A stretch of DNA of 64,000 nt from an uncultured Methylococcaceae bacterium (GCA_964619885.1 CAZUGA010000001.1:64516-128515), one strand, 5' to 3'. Shown: positions 10,346 to 19,423, numbered from the stretch's first letter. Program-made: numbers and translations. The notes: a model not told the origin generated them from the letters alone.

Positions 10346-10399
10346 TCATGCATGATACCCGCTTTGGAAGATTTCTGAAGTTTGGGGTAGATTGCGGAT

Positions 10400-11089
10400 T
10401 TGATTGCCGAGCAACTGAAACTTGTCGCCTGGACTGAATGGCACGCCGCCTTTATTTGCATTGGTACTCTGGTTTCGGTCGTCGGGTTTTCGCCATTTTT
10501 TCTGGCGCTGTTGGCGGCGGGTTCGTTCGGATTACTGGTTTGGATATTCCGATTCGGCTGGTCCTCCACCAATGGATTTGGGTTGGCCAATGCTATTACA
10601 TTGACGCGACTGCTCGGAATTCTGGTTTTATTTACTATGCCACCGACTAGCGCCGAGGTCCTGATCCCCGTTGCGCTGGCATTGTTCGCGATGGATGGCT
10701 TCGATGGCTATGTTGCGAGGAAGCTTGGCTTAAGCTCGGAATTTGGCGAATATTTCGACAAAGAAGTGGATGCTTTTTTTATGTTGGTCTTATGTTTGAT
10801 GTTGTACAGTACCCGGTCGATCGGCGGATGGATTTTGATCCCGGGTTTGCTGCGTTATACCTTTGTGTTTTTTCTAAAGTGGGCTAAACCACCGCAATCC
10901 AAGGAACAGCGCAGTCGCGTGGGAATCAGCATTTACATTGTAACGATGTCCGCGTTAATCTTTTGTTTCGCACCGTTTCCGAAGTTGGTTGAGGCGTTGG
11001 CTTTCGTAGTCACATTGCTTTTGTGTGGCTCGTTTGCAGACACGATCTACCGATTGTATAGAACGCCGCGCGCTGGAATAAAATCTTGA
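10400..11089 (+). CDS. CDP-alcohol phosphatidyltransferase family protein
   Basis: 229 aa, membrane protein. Complete signature D-G-x2-A-R-x8-G-x3-D-x3-D in AMDGFDGYVARKLGLSSEFGEYFDKEVDAF. The TTG start is uncertain. Confidence 0.8.
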   Translation: MIAEQLKLVAWTEWHAAFICIGTLVSVVGFSPFFLALLAAGSFGLLVWIFRFGWSSTNGFGLANAITLTRLLGILVLFTMPPTSAEVLIPVALALFAMDGFDGYVARKLGLSSEFGEYFDKEVDAFFMLVLCLMLYSTRSIGGWILIPGLLRYTFVFFLKWAKPPQSKEQRSRVGISIYIVTMSALIFCFAPFPKLVEALAFVVTLLLCGSFADTIYRLYRTPRAGIKS

Positions 11090-11841
11090 ATTCAACCAAA
11101 CTTAGTACCCGTCAGGTCTCGGATATTGGCGGGATCAAAAACTTCTTCGATGATATCGCGGCAGATTATCAAGAGTTGCACGGCAAGCCCTCGGCATTGC
11201 TGGCCTATCGAATTTCGATCATTACAAGCCTTTTGGGTGCCGGCGGCGGTACACTGCTGGAAATCGGGTGTGGTACTGGAATTCATTTGTTTGCGCTTAC
11301 AGAACATTTCGATCAACTGATCGGTACCGATTTGTCACCGCGAATGATCGATACGGCAGAGGGCAGGCGGACGACGCATGCAAAGCGTGATGCGATAAAA
11401 TTTGTCGTAGATTCGGCGGAAAATTTGTGCAGCGTGGCTGCTGAACAGGTGGATTGCGTGCTCTGCGTCGGCGCCTTTGAACATATGTTGGACAAGGATC
11501 TCGTCTTGGCGCAGGTGAAACGCGTGTTGAAATCCGGCGGGGTTTTTATATGTCTCACCCCGAACGCGCATTATATTTGGTACCGATGGGTGGGCCCGTT
11601 GTTGGGCTGCGACACGCAACATTTAAGTACCGACCGTTTTTTAAGCCAGGCTGAAATACGGGATTTATTGGTGGCCGCCGATTTTGTCCCCAGGACATTA
11701 GGGTATTGGCGTTTTGTCCCGCGTGGCGACATGGCCCATTGGCTTGCATCATTGCTTGGTGTTGCGGATGTTGTCGGGCTAAGTCTAAATATATCGGGTT
11801 TACGCGGTGGGATTTATTTTAACGCGGTCAAACCGCGGTAG
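11086..11841 (+). CDS. Class I SAM-dependent methyltransferase
   Basis: 251 aa with motif I LLEIGCGTGIHL and an acidic loop GTDLS. The TTG start overlaps the upstream stop (TTGA), suggesting translational coupling. Confidence 0.75.
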   Translation: MNSTKLSTRQVSDIGGIKNFFDDIAADYQELHGKPSALLAYRISIITSLLGAGGGTLLEIGCGTGIHLFALTEHFDQLIGTDLSPRMIDTAEGRRTTHAKRDAIKFVVDSAENLCSVAAEQVDCVLCVGAFEHMLDKDLVLAQVKRVLKSGGVFICLTPNAHYIWYRWVGPLLGCDTQHLSTDRFLSQAEIRDLLVAADFVPRTLGYWRFVPRGDMAHWLASLLGVADVVGLSLNISGLRGGIYFNAVKPR

Positions 11842-11969
11842 TTGGCTAGACCGGCGTTGTCATCGGAATGGAAATCCCTCGCTTGATGTGTATGCCTCTA
11901 TAAAAAGTTTCTCCCATGCTCCGTATTTGGCCCGCTCATAAGGATTCTTGTGAAAACAAACTCCGCTGA

Positions 11970-12887
11970 TCATTTTTCCTTTTGATGGGAAATTCGGGCC
12001 AGAACGTCCATCTGGTGGATGATCAGTCCGAGCTGTTGCTGCTCGATGCGGTGCATGCGTTCCTGATACCAAGCTTGGAGTTTAGCCTGATCCAATAGCG
12101 GCAGATGCGTCGCTTCGCCGTGGATCATGTCCAGCAGGGCGGTGATACAGGTTTGGTCTTGATCCAAGTATTGGTCGTGGACTGGTGTAATATTCCAGTC
12201 CGAACTGCCGTAAGCAATGATATCGAATCCGTTGGCTTGCAGTGTTGTGACCAGCCTGCGGCCCGAATAAGCGCCGCCGGTGGCTTGCCCGTCAACGCCG
12301 CGATTCTCCATCGATTGATCGTAATGGTTCAGAATCTCGTGCTCGAATGCGAAATCTTGGTAAACCGGGAATAACGTGGTTTCACCGTCGTAATTCAGTG
12401 TACTGTAAAATAGCCCGCCTTCGACTAAGTTGTCGGCAATCAGTTTGACGGTTTGCATCAATGGGACGACATCCATGAATGCGTGCGCGGTAACTAGATC
12501 GAATGTGTTTTGCTTGTTGGGGATAGGTGATCTAATGTTTTGACAGATGTATTTCAAGGTTAGCGATTGCGTGTCCGAACGGGCGTGCATAAAATGGTCA
12601 CGATTTGCGATTGTGTAGCCTTGCTCTTGTAGCCGTTGTTGCGACGTCAGCGCAGCGCTTGCCAGGATGGTCTGATCACGGTCCAAACCCACCGCTTCAA
12701 TATTGGCAATCGAGAATGCTTCGACCAGGCGGTGAATCATAGCGCCGGTGCCGGTGCCGAGGTCAAGCCAGCGCAGGTGACTTCTGCTTTCCAGCGTCCT
12801 CAGTAGAGAATGATACGCGATTGGATTCAGGCTACGACTGTCCAGAGCGTATTTCGCGTTCAGATATTCGGTGAACGCGATCGGCAT
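11970..12887 (-). CDS. Class I SAM-dependent methyltransferase (second, unrelated copy)
   Basis: 305 aa with motif I WLDLGTGTGAMI and a post-I GLDRD. It is last in the minus-strand unit led by the 1227-aa gene. Confidence 0.7.
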   Translation of the reverse strand: MPIAFTEYLNAKYALDSRSLNPIAYHSLLRTLESRSHLRWLDLGTGTGAMIHRLVEAFSIANIEAVGLDRDQTILASAALTSQQRLQEQGYTIANRDHFMHARSDTQSLTLKYICQNIRSPIPNKQNTFDLVTAHAFMDVVPLMQTVKLIADNLVEGGLFYSTLNYDGETTLFPVYQDFAFEHEILNHYDQSMENRGVDGQATGGAYSGRRLVTTLQANGFDIIAYGSSDWNITPVHDQYLDQDQTCITALLDMIHGEATHLPLLDQAKLQAWYQERMHRIEQQQLGLIIHQMDVLARISHQKEK

Positions 12888-12911
12888 ATGCTTTTATCCT
12901 TAGGATCGGTG

Positions 12912-13286
12912 TTAGTTGAGTTGTCGATAAGCGGCCCAGTCGTTTTCGTTTTCCCAAAGCTTAATCGTAAGTGCATGCTGCTGCAGATTAAGGCGCTGTT
13001 GCATAGCGTCGTAAAAAATTTTGGCGAAACGTTCCAGGCTAGGATTGAGGTCCGCGAATGGCGCGAGCAGGTTTAGGGTTTGATCCTGAAACCCGGCAAT
13101 AATGTCCGATACCGCACTATCCACGTCGACGATATCAACCAAATAGCCGTGTTGATCCAGTTGCTCCGATTCGATCAATATTTCTACCCGATAATGATGA
13201 CTATGTTTTTGGTTTTCGCGGCCCCAGTCGCCGCCAATTAGATAGTGCTGGGCGATAAAATCACGCGTAATGGCTAATTGGTACAT
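12912..13286 (-). CDS. 6-pyruvoyl-tetrahydropterin synthase / QueD-family protein (atypical, Cys-less)
   Basis: 124 aa. N-terminal FIAQHYL and a His cluster KHSHHY in the family's size class and layout. No Cys upstream of the His pair. Confidence 0.6.
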   Translation of the reverse strand: MYQLAITRDFIAQHYLIGGDWGRENQKHSHHYRVEILIESEQLDQHGYLVDIVDVDSAVSDIIAGFQDQTLNLLAPFADLNPSLERFAKIFYDAMQQRLNLQQHALTIKLWENENDWAAYRQLN

Positions 13287-13303
13287 GGTTAAAAAGTTTT
13301 AAA

Positions 13304-16300
13304 TTAGTCTTGATTAACTGGTTCCGGAGGATGAGACGAAGACTTATAGGGTATAGATTTACTAATATCGCGGTGGGTTAATTCCAACGCGATGCCGTAC
13401 AGTGATTTCTCGCCGCGTCGATAGTCTTCGCTTAGCACTTGCAGCAGCGTTGGCTCGTCAGAAACGTTGGTTTTGTAGCGGGGAAAATCTCGCGATATGA
13501 TCGATGCCAGGGCTTTAATGCCTTCGGTGACGATAAATATTTCGGCGGATTCCTCGGACATGGAGCGGATTTTGAATATTATCCTAGCGAATGAAATCCG
13601 TCCGGTGCCATCGGTTCGAATGTCCCGATCATAATCCAGTTTATTGATTTTCGTATCCACCGCTATTTTGTGTTTGACCTTGTAGTCTTCCACCTTGATC
13701 ACTCGATTGAGATAGTCGTAGGTCAATTTGTTGGGCGGAAAGATGTTTTCGCCTTCAATCGCGGAAGATAAAGCTTCATAAGCCGGCCAAGCACCGCCCT
13801 TGAGCATGCGGCTAGCCAGAGATGATAATACCGAATTAAATTTAAGGTCGAAGTAATTGGTAATTTCCTCGGTGTGGAACCCGGTGCTGATAACATTACC
13901 GGAGACGCCCTTCAGTGCTTGCGCGATCATTTGCGTGCCATCGCTGGCAAATTCTTTGAGTTGTGGTTCTTTGTAATAGCCCATCTGTCCATTCCAGTAG
14001 ATCGATTTTGCGATAATGAATTGTTGCCGGTACAGATTGATGGTTTCGGGCCCGATGTCAACCACGCTATGGCCTTCCGGGATGGGTGCACTAAAATCGA
14101 TGTGTTTTCTATCGGTTGGATTCTCGATGTTATTAACGATCACCAGATCTTTGGGTAACATAAATTTATTGTCGTTTCCTTGATCGAATTTTAATAGTTT
14201 TTCGACCAGAGAAACGTCATCCGGCTCTATTTCCTCGTAGGTATCGCCATTGTTAAAGCCCTGTGCTTTGCGGAATATCAATGCGATATCCGCACCGAGT
14301 AAGATATTTTTGGTGATTTTGTTTTTTAGCAAGCGTTCCATGGAATCGAGCTTGAGGCCAATGTTTGGTCCCCCAATCACAGCGATTTCCTGGCCTTCAT
14401 CTCGAATCGACTCAACCCCCTTCATTTCGACTTCCAAGTTGTAACCCGCTGCTCGGGGTATATGTTGGGGTGCGGCGAAAACCGAAGTATATTTAAAATG
14501 CGCGATGCGGGGGTTGTCGGAAAAATAAACATCCACGCCATCAAATAATTTTTGCGCAAAGACCGGATCGTTGGCGGATTCTCCTTCTTCTTCCAGTAAG
14601 CTGTTCAGAAACAAAACATCGCCATTATTCATGGTCGAATGGATAAAGTCTTGAGCCGCCTGGGTTGTGTGGAATCCTTTTTCCAAATATATTGATCGAC
14701 CGTTGAGAGCTTTTTTTAGATAAGGTGCGGCGCTATTTCCGTGCCCTTTATCGTGCGATCCGACAATGATTTTTGCTTTGGCGTGACTCAGATCTATTAT
14801 AGTTTTTAGCGTAATCTCACGCCGTTTGTCGTCGTTCATATCAATTTCCAAGTCCGCTTGAACGAATGCTACCCTGCCGCTGTATTTCGACAAGTCCATG
14901 ATCGATTCGCGAAGTTTGGTCAATATATAAGAATCCTCTCCGGATTCAGTCGGCCAGTGGTCGAATATTTCGCCAAAAACGGATAAGCGATAAAGTGCTT
15001 CGGTAATATAGAATTTTTGCGCGCGATCGTGTAGTTCACGGCCGTAGATCAATCCGAATTCGCCAATGCCTTCCTGGTCGAAAATCTGTTGAGCCCAATC
15101 TAGATAACGATGTGCGCTTCTTGCATCTACATCGCGCCCGTCCAAAGCGGCGTGTACTACGACACGGCCGGCTTGTTTGTTTTTTGCAACTTTGAGGAAC
15201 TCCCTAAGGTGTTCGATGTACGAATGCACACCACCATCCGATAGAATGATACTTACGGTGATATGGTCACCCGCTTGAATCTGGTCAAAGGCTACGTGGG
15301 CGGCAAAACTTCCGTCTTCGATCGCGGCGGTAACGCGGCCAAAATCGGTCGCCACATTTTCTTTGGTTCGGCCGGCACCTATATGTGTATGACCGACTTC
15401 CGAGTTTCCAAATTGATCTAGCGGAAGCCCCACCGCGTCTTCACTGGCGCCGATTTGGGTCATCAAAAATCCGCTGATCAGAGGATCGATTTCGCTTCTT
15501 TCATCCGCTTCAAACTGAGTACAGCCTTCGCCTTGTTCCCAATGGGCGCCAAGCAAGCGTCTTAGTAACGGCGCGGCACCGCGTTTGATTGCAACACGGA
15601 CCGCATCGGAGTTGTCCGATTTATCCGGGTTTAAGCCCAGGCCATCGAGCACAACCAGCATTGCCTTTTGGTATTCGCCGGGAGCGGGCTTATGTTCCAT
15701 GCTGATCAACGGAACTGCGTTCATTTCTTGCGGTTGCTGGATTCCCATTGCGGTCAAAAGACTCGGCGCGACCCCGGCCAGGGTTTTGCTGCCTTTCGCG
15801 TTGAATCGAACCTTTTCGCTTGGGTCGGCAGGTACGTAGACAAAGGGGACTGGGTTAGTGGTGTGTTGAGTATGCGGTTCTCCGTCCTTCATCATTTGAT
15901 CAGAGTTGCCGTGATCGGCGACGATGATCATATTGACTTTTTGTTTTCGCGCCTGATTGCAAACCCGAAGCAGATTTTTGTCGACGTGCGCGATGGCGTT
16001 GACTGCGGCTTCTAAATCGCCGGTATGACCGACCATATCGGGATTCGCATAATTAACTACGAAAAAATGGTATTTTTGTTTCTTGAGCGCGTCGACAAGT
16101 TCTTCGGTGATTTCATAAGCGCTCATTTCCGGTTTCTCCGCGTAACTTATATCCACCTTCGGCGATGGGACCAATACGCGTTTTTCTCCATCAAAGGCAA
16201 CACTTCTGCCGCCGTTCAGGAATTCGGTGATGTGGCTGAATTTCTCTTTTTCCGCCACTCTGAATTGCTTCAATCCCAATTTTGACAAGGTCTCTCCGAT

Positions 16301-16987
16301 CGTGTTTTTGATTTCAATGTCGGGAAAGACGACGTGGGTTTGCTTTTTTTCGACAAACGGCCCTTTTTTATCCGGCCGCATATGAATAAATTTTAGATGC
16401 TTATAGTTCTTGACCGGAAAGATTAAGAAGTTTAATCGTTTACCGTACAGTGCCCAGTTTATCTGCCATCGTCTGTCTTTTCTGAAATGCAGATCTACGT
16501 ATATACCGTCACGGATGAATTCGGCCGATCCGTCCCGGTCATAGGTTGGGTAGCCTAGAATATTTTGGTCGGATATAACTTTGATGCCGGCGAAATGTTG
16601 CCGTTCGTAATCGAAATCCACCATCAACTTCAAAAAATCCACCTTCCGTCCTTCGAGGTCCAGAAAGGCTAGTTTTTTGTCGGGTGATATATGCGCGGTG
16701 GGATAGTAGCTTGCTTCAACCAAACATAAAAAAGACAAGGCTTGCTGATTATTGAGGAGCCACAGATCCTTGTTGTCCTTTGATTTGACCGGACTGCGCA
16801 AGTATACAGAGGCATTATCGCCCAATAAGCCCAGGCCTTCACGAACATTGGCGATATTCTGATAAATATCCTGCTGGCCTTTTCCTTTTGTTTTGATTCG
16901 GGCGAATGCATGAAACTGTCTAAAGTTGGATTCAAAGGACTTAATTTTGTCCTCGATCTTTTGCCGGTCAGGTTGTGAAATTGTCAT
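13304..16987 (-). CDS. 1227-aa multidomain protein: permuted cofactor-independent phosphoglycerate mutase (iPGM) module + divergent phosphoglycerate-kinase-like module + unassigned N- and C-terminal regions
   Basis: aa ~230-430 match the C-terminal half of iPGM (EKFSHITEFLNGGR, KPEMSAYE, NYANPDMVGHTG, VADHGN, HTTNPVP). aa ~441-668 match the N-terminal half (LVVLDGLG, GNSEVGHTHIGAGR, LSDGGVHS, ALDGRD). aa ~697-1075 are PGK-like (RVAFVQADL, GSHDKG, VIGGPNIGLKL, VDIGPET, YWNGQMGYY). See findings. Confidence 0.75.
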   Translation of the reverse strand: MTISQPDRQKIEDKIKSFESNFRQFHAFARIKTKGKGQQDIYQNIANVREGLGLLGDNASVYLRSPVKSKDNKDLWLLNNQQALSFLCLVEASYYPTAHISPDKKLAFLDLEGRKVDFLKLMVDFDYERQHFAGIKVISDQNILGYPTYDRDGSAEFIRDGIYVDLHFRKDRRWQINWALYGKRLNFLIFPVKNYKHLKFIHMRPDKKGPFVEKKQTHVVFPDIEIKNTIGETLSKLGLKQFRVAEKEKFSHITEFLNGGRSVAFDGEKRVLVPSPKVDISYAEKPEMSAYEITEELVDALKKQKYHFFVVNYANPDMVGHTGDLEAAVNAIAHVDKNLLRVCNQARKQKVNMIIVADHGNSDQMMKDGEPHTQHTTNPVPFVYVPADPSEKVRFNAKGSKTLAGVAPSLLTAMGIQQPQEMNAVPLISMEHKPAPGEYQKAMLVVLDGLGLNPDKSDNSDAVRVAIKRGAAPLLRRLLGAHWEQGEGCTQFEADERSEIDPLISGFLMTQIGASEDAVGLPLDQFGNSEVGHTHIGAGRTKENVATDFGRVTAAIEDGSFAAHVAFDQIQAGDHITVSIILSDGGVHSYIEHLREFLKVAKNKQAGRVVVHAALDGRDVDARSAHRYLDWAQQIFDQEGIGEFGLIYGRELHDRAQKFYITEALYRLSVFGEIFDHWPTESGEDSYILTKLRESIMDLSKYSGRVAFVQADLEIDMNDDKRREITLKTIIDLSHAKAKIIVGSHDKGHGNSAAPYLKKALNGRSIYLEKGFHTTQAAQDFIHSTMNNGDVLFLNSLLEEEGESANDPVFAQKLFDGVDVYFSDNPRIAHFKYTSVFAAPQHIPRAAGYNLEVEMKGVESIRDEGQEIAVIGGPNIGLKLDSMERLLKNKITKNILLGADIALIFRKAQGFNNGDTYEEIEPDDVSLVEKLLKFDQGNDNKFMLPKDLVIVNNIENPTDRKHIDFSAPIPEGHSVVDIGPETINLYRQQFIIAKSIYWNGQMGYYKEPQLKEFASDGTQMIAQALKGVSGNVISTGFHTEEITNYFDLKFNSVLSSLASRMLKGGAWPAYEALSSAIEGENIFPPNKLTYDYLNRVIKVEDYKVKHKIAVDTKINKLDYDRDIRTDGTGRISFARIIFKIRSMSEESAEIFIVTEGIKALASIISRDFPRYKTNVSDEPTLLQVLSEDYRRGEKSLYGIALELTHRDISKSIPYKSSSHPPEPVNQD

Positions 16988-17586
16988 TTGAGATGCACGC
17001 GAGAAATATCAGAAATCCCACTTGTTTGGCTAATGATCTTAAGGTTGGGCATCGCTGAATCCGTTCTGTTCAATCGTAATTCTAATATTAATTGGCAGGT
17101 CTATACGAGGCATTAAATAACTGATGTGCGATAAGGTAGGCAAAGTTTTATAGCGTGGTCATTATGCAAGACAATAAAATGGAGTCATGAGTAATATTGC
17201 ATGGATCGGTCGCTTTGGGTGGTCGAAAAAATCATCAGTTTGGTCGCACAATAAGCGAACGATTATTTATTTTTTGTAAATTGTGGGAAATTGCCCACGT
17301 ACATCCCAGGGCAAAGTACCTTGCTGTGATTTATCTACCCCATCCCAAAAAAACCAGTCGAATCATGCAATTTGAAATAGTAATAAAAGTATACTGCAAT
17401 AGACATGCAAGCGGCTATGTTTCACCAGGTAAAATCGAACACCAAAAGATCAATCAATTCAGTAGAATTTTGGGTTTATTCATATTTACGTGTCCGCTTC
17501 AGGCTAAATTGTTGATCCGTTAAATCCGGATTCATCTATTTATTTTGTTACCATAGGCGCTCTTTTTCTGTCTGAAGGTTCTTTCA

Positions 17587-18897
17587 TTGTTCGACAAATT
17601 TAAACTGCATGGAGATTTACTCCGTTCTTTGGATAAACTTGGTTTAACGACGCCCACGCCAGTTCAGTCAAAGGCGATTCCAGCGGCAATGCAACAAAAA
17701 GATTTGTTGGTAAGCGCGGAAACAGGCAGTGGTAAAACCCTCGCTTTTATGTTGCCGACGCTTCACCGTTTGTTGATGCGAACCGATTCACTAATCGGTA
17801 CCCGTGCACTCATCCTGGTTCCAACCCGCGAATTGGCCAGACAAATACTCGAACACAGTCTGGCGGTTGCCAGTTATACTCAATTGAAGGCTGGCTTAAT
17901 TATCGGAGGGGCGAGCTTTTCCAGACAAAAGGCATTATTGCGAAAGAACCCGGAAATCATAGTAGCTACGCCGGGCCGCATGCTGGAACATCTGCGCAGC
18001 GGTACACCTTGTTTCGATGAACTTGAAGTATTGATACTCGATGAAGCGGACAAGATGCTCGACATGGGGTTTAGCGAAGATGTATTGGCTATCGCCGGTG
18101 CTTGCAGTAGTCAGCGGCAAAGCTTGCTATTTTCCGCGACGCTGAACCATAAAGGCGTCCGGCATGTAGCGTCGAATATCACAACAGATCCGCAACTCAT
18201 CACGCTAAACACGATCCAGGATCAGCCCGCCAATATCAGACAACAAGTCATGTTAGCGGACAATGATGGCCACAAAACACAACTTTTGCGATGGTTGCTA
18301 GTCAATGAAAAGTTTGTACAGGCTTTGATCTTTTTGAATTCTAAGTTGGCGACTGTTCGGTTGCACAAGGATTTGTCGAGTCTAAATTTGCGCGTGGGTT
18401 TGCTGAATGGGGACATAGACCAAATAGAGAGAAATCGCATGATGCGGCGTATGCATTTAGGCGAGATTGACGTATTAATCGCTACTGAAGTAGCTGCGCG
18501 CGGCTTGGATGTACAGAATATCGATTTAGTGGCCAACTTCGATATGGCGCGCAACGGTAAAGACTATGTCCATCGAATTGGACGAACCGGACGGGCCGGT
18601 CGAAAAGGACTTGCAATTTCGTTGATCGGGCACCGGGAATGGAACCTGATGGTCGGTATTGAACGGTATTTGGGTCAAAAGTTTGAACGCCGACGGGTAG
18701 CAGATCTGGAAGGTCAATACAGTGGACCCAAGAAATTGAAAAAATCGGGTAAAGCGGTCGGGTCCAAAAAGAAAAAAAATGCCAACAAGCGGGTTTCGAA
18801 AAATGCAGCCAAAAAACAACCCAATCAAAATAGAGGGAGCAGAGCCTCGGTAAAGGCAGCCAATGTTTGGGGGCCGGTAAGGAAGTCAAAAACCTGA
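17587..18897 (+). CDS. DEAD-box ATP-dependent RNA helicase
   Basis: 436 aa. Q-motif PTPVQ, Walker A AETGSGKT, DEAD, SAT, HRIGRTGRAG, and a Lys-rich C-terminal tail. TTG start. Confidence 0.9.
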   Translation: MFDKFKLHGDLLRSLDKLGLTTPTPVQSKAIPAAMQQKDLLVSAETGSGKTLAFMLPTLHRLLMRTDSLIGTRALILVPTRELARQILEHSLAVASYTQLKAGLIIGGASFSRQKALLRKNPEIIVATPGRMLEHLRSGTPCFDELEVLILDEADKMLDMGFSEDVLAIAGACSSQRQSLLFSATLNHKGVRHVASNITTDPQLITLNTIQDQPANIRQQVMLADNDGHKTQLLRWLLVNEKFVQALIFLNSKLATVRLHKDLSSLNLRVGLLNGDIDQIERNRMMRRMHLGEIDVLIATEVAARGLDVQNIDLVANFDMARNGKDYVHRIGRTGRAGRKGLAISLIGHREWNLMVGIERYLGQKFERRRVADLEGQYSGPKKLKKSGKAVGSKKKKNANKRVSKNAAKKQPNQNRGSRASVKAANVWGPVRKSKT

Positions 18898-19423
18898 ACC
18901 TGAATTGTGACATTATGGTTTCATCTAAAAGTTAACTGACCCGGCAGTGGGACACCCGGTCAGAGATAACCGGCGAAGGGTATGGAATTAAACTGTTTTG
19001 TAGTTTCAATCCAATATAGATGGATTAGTCTTTGAATAGGCCACCGCTCTTGGGCAAGGTTTGGAACTAGCCAATAAAACCGTTGAAGTTGTATTAGATG
19101 TATGGGTGTAAACTATATCCGGCAGACCGTGTCGGCGAATTACCTTGGCAGCGGGCGTTTAATCGATCGCAAATCTGGCGCCATGATCGGCTGAAATGTG
19201 CCAGGTGCCGATTGACGTACGCAACGAACAACGGCAACGCTCCGTGTTGGAAAAATGAAAGGCTGCTGTGGACTATGAGCGGACGGTCGCGGGAAATAAT
19301 CTCGACCGGCTGCATCCAGTAAAAAGTAGTCATTCGAACGTGACAAATTCAGACACTGTCTGCCAGACAAATTTGAACCAGTACGGGTTAAGTATGTTAA
19401 CACCGAGCGACTTTGTCGTATTC

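Noticed and set aside
17197-17523. 108-aa ORF in the spacer upstream of the helicase gene
   Set aside because: It has no SD, an odd composition and no recognisable motif, and it lies in an AT-rich region. More likely this is the promoter/5' UTR of the DEAD-box helicase gene.
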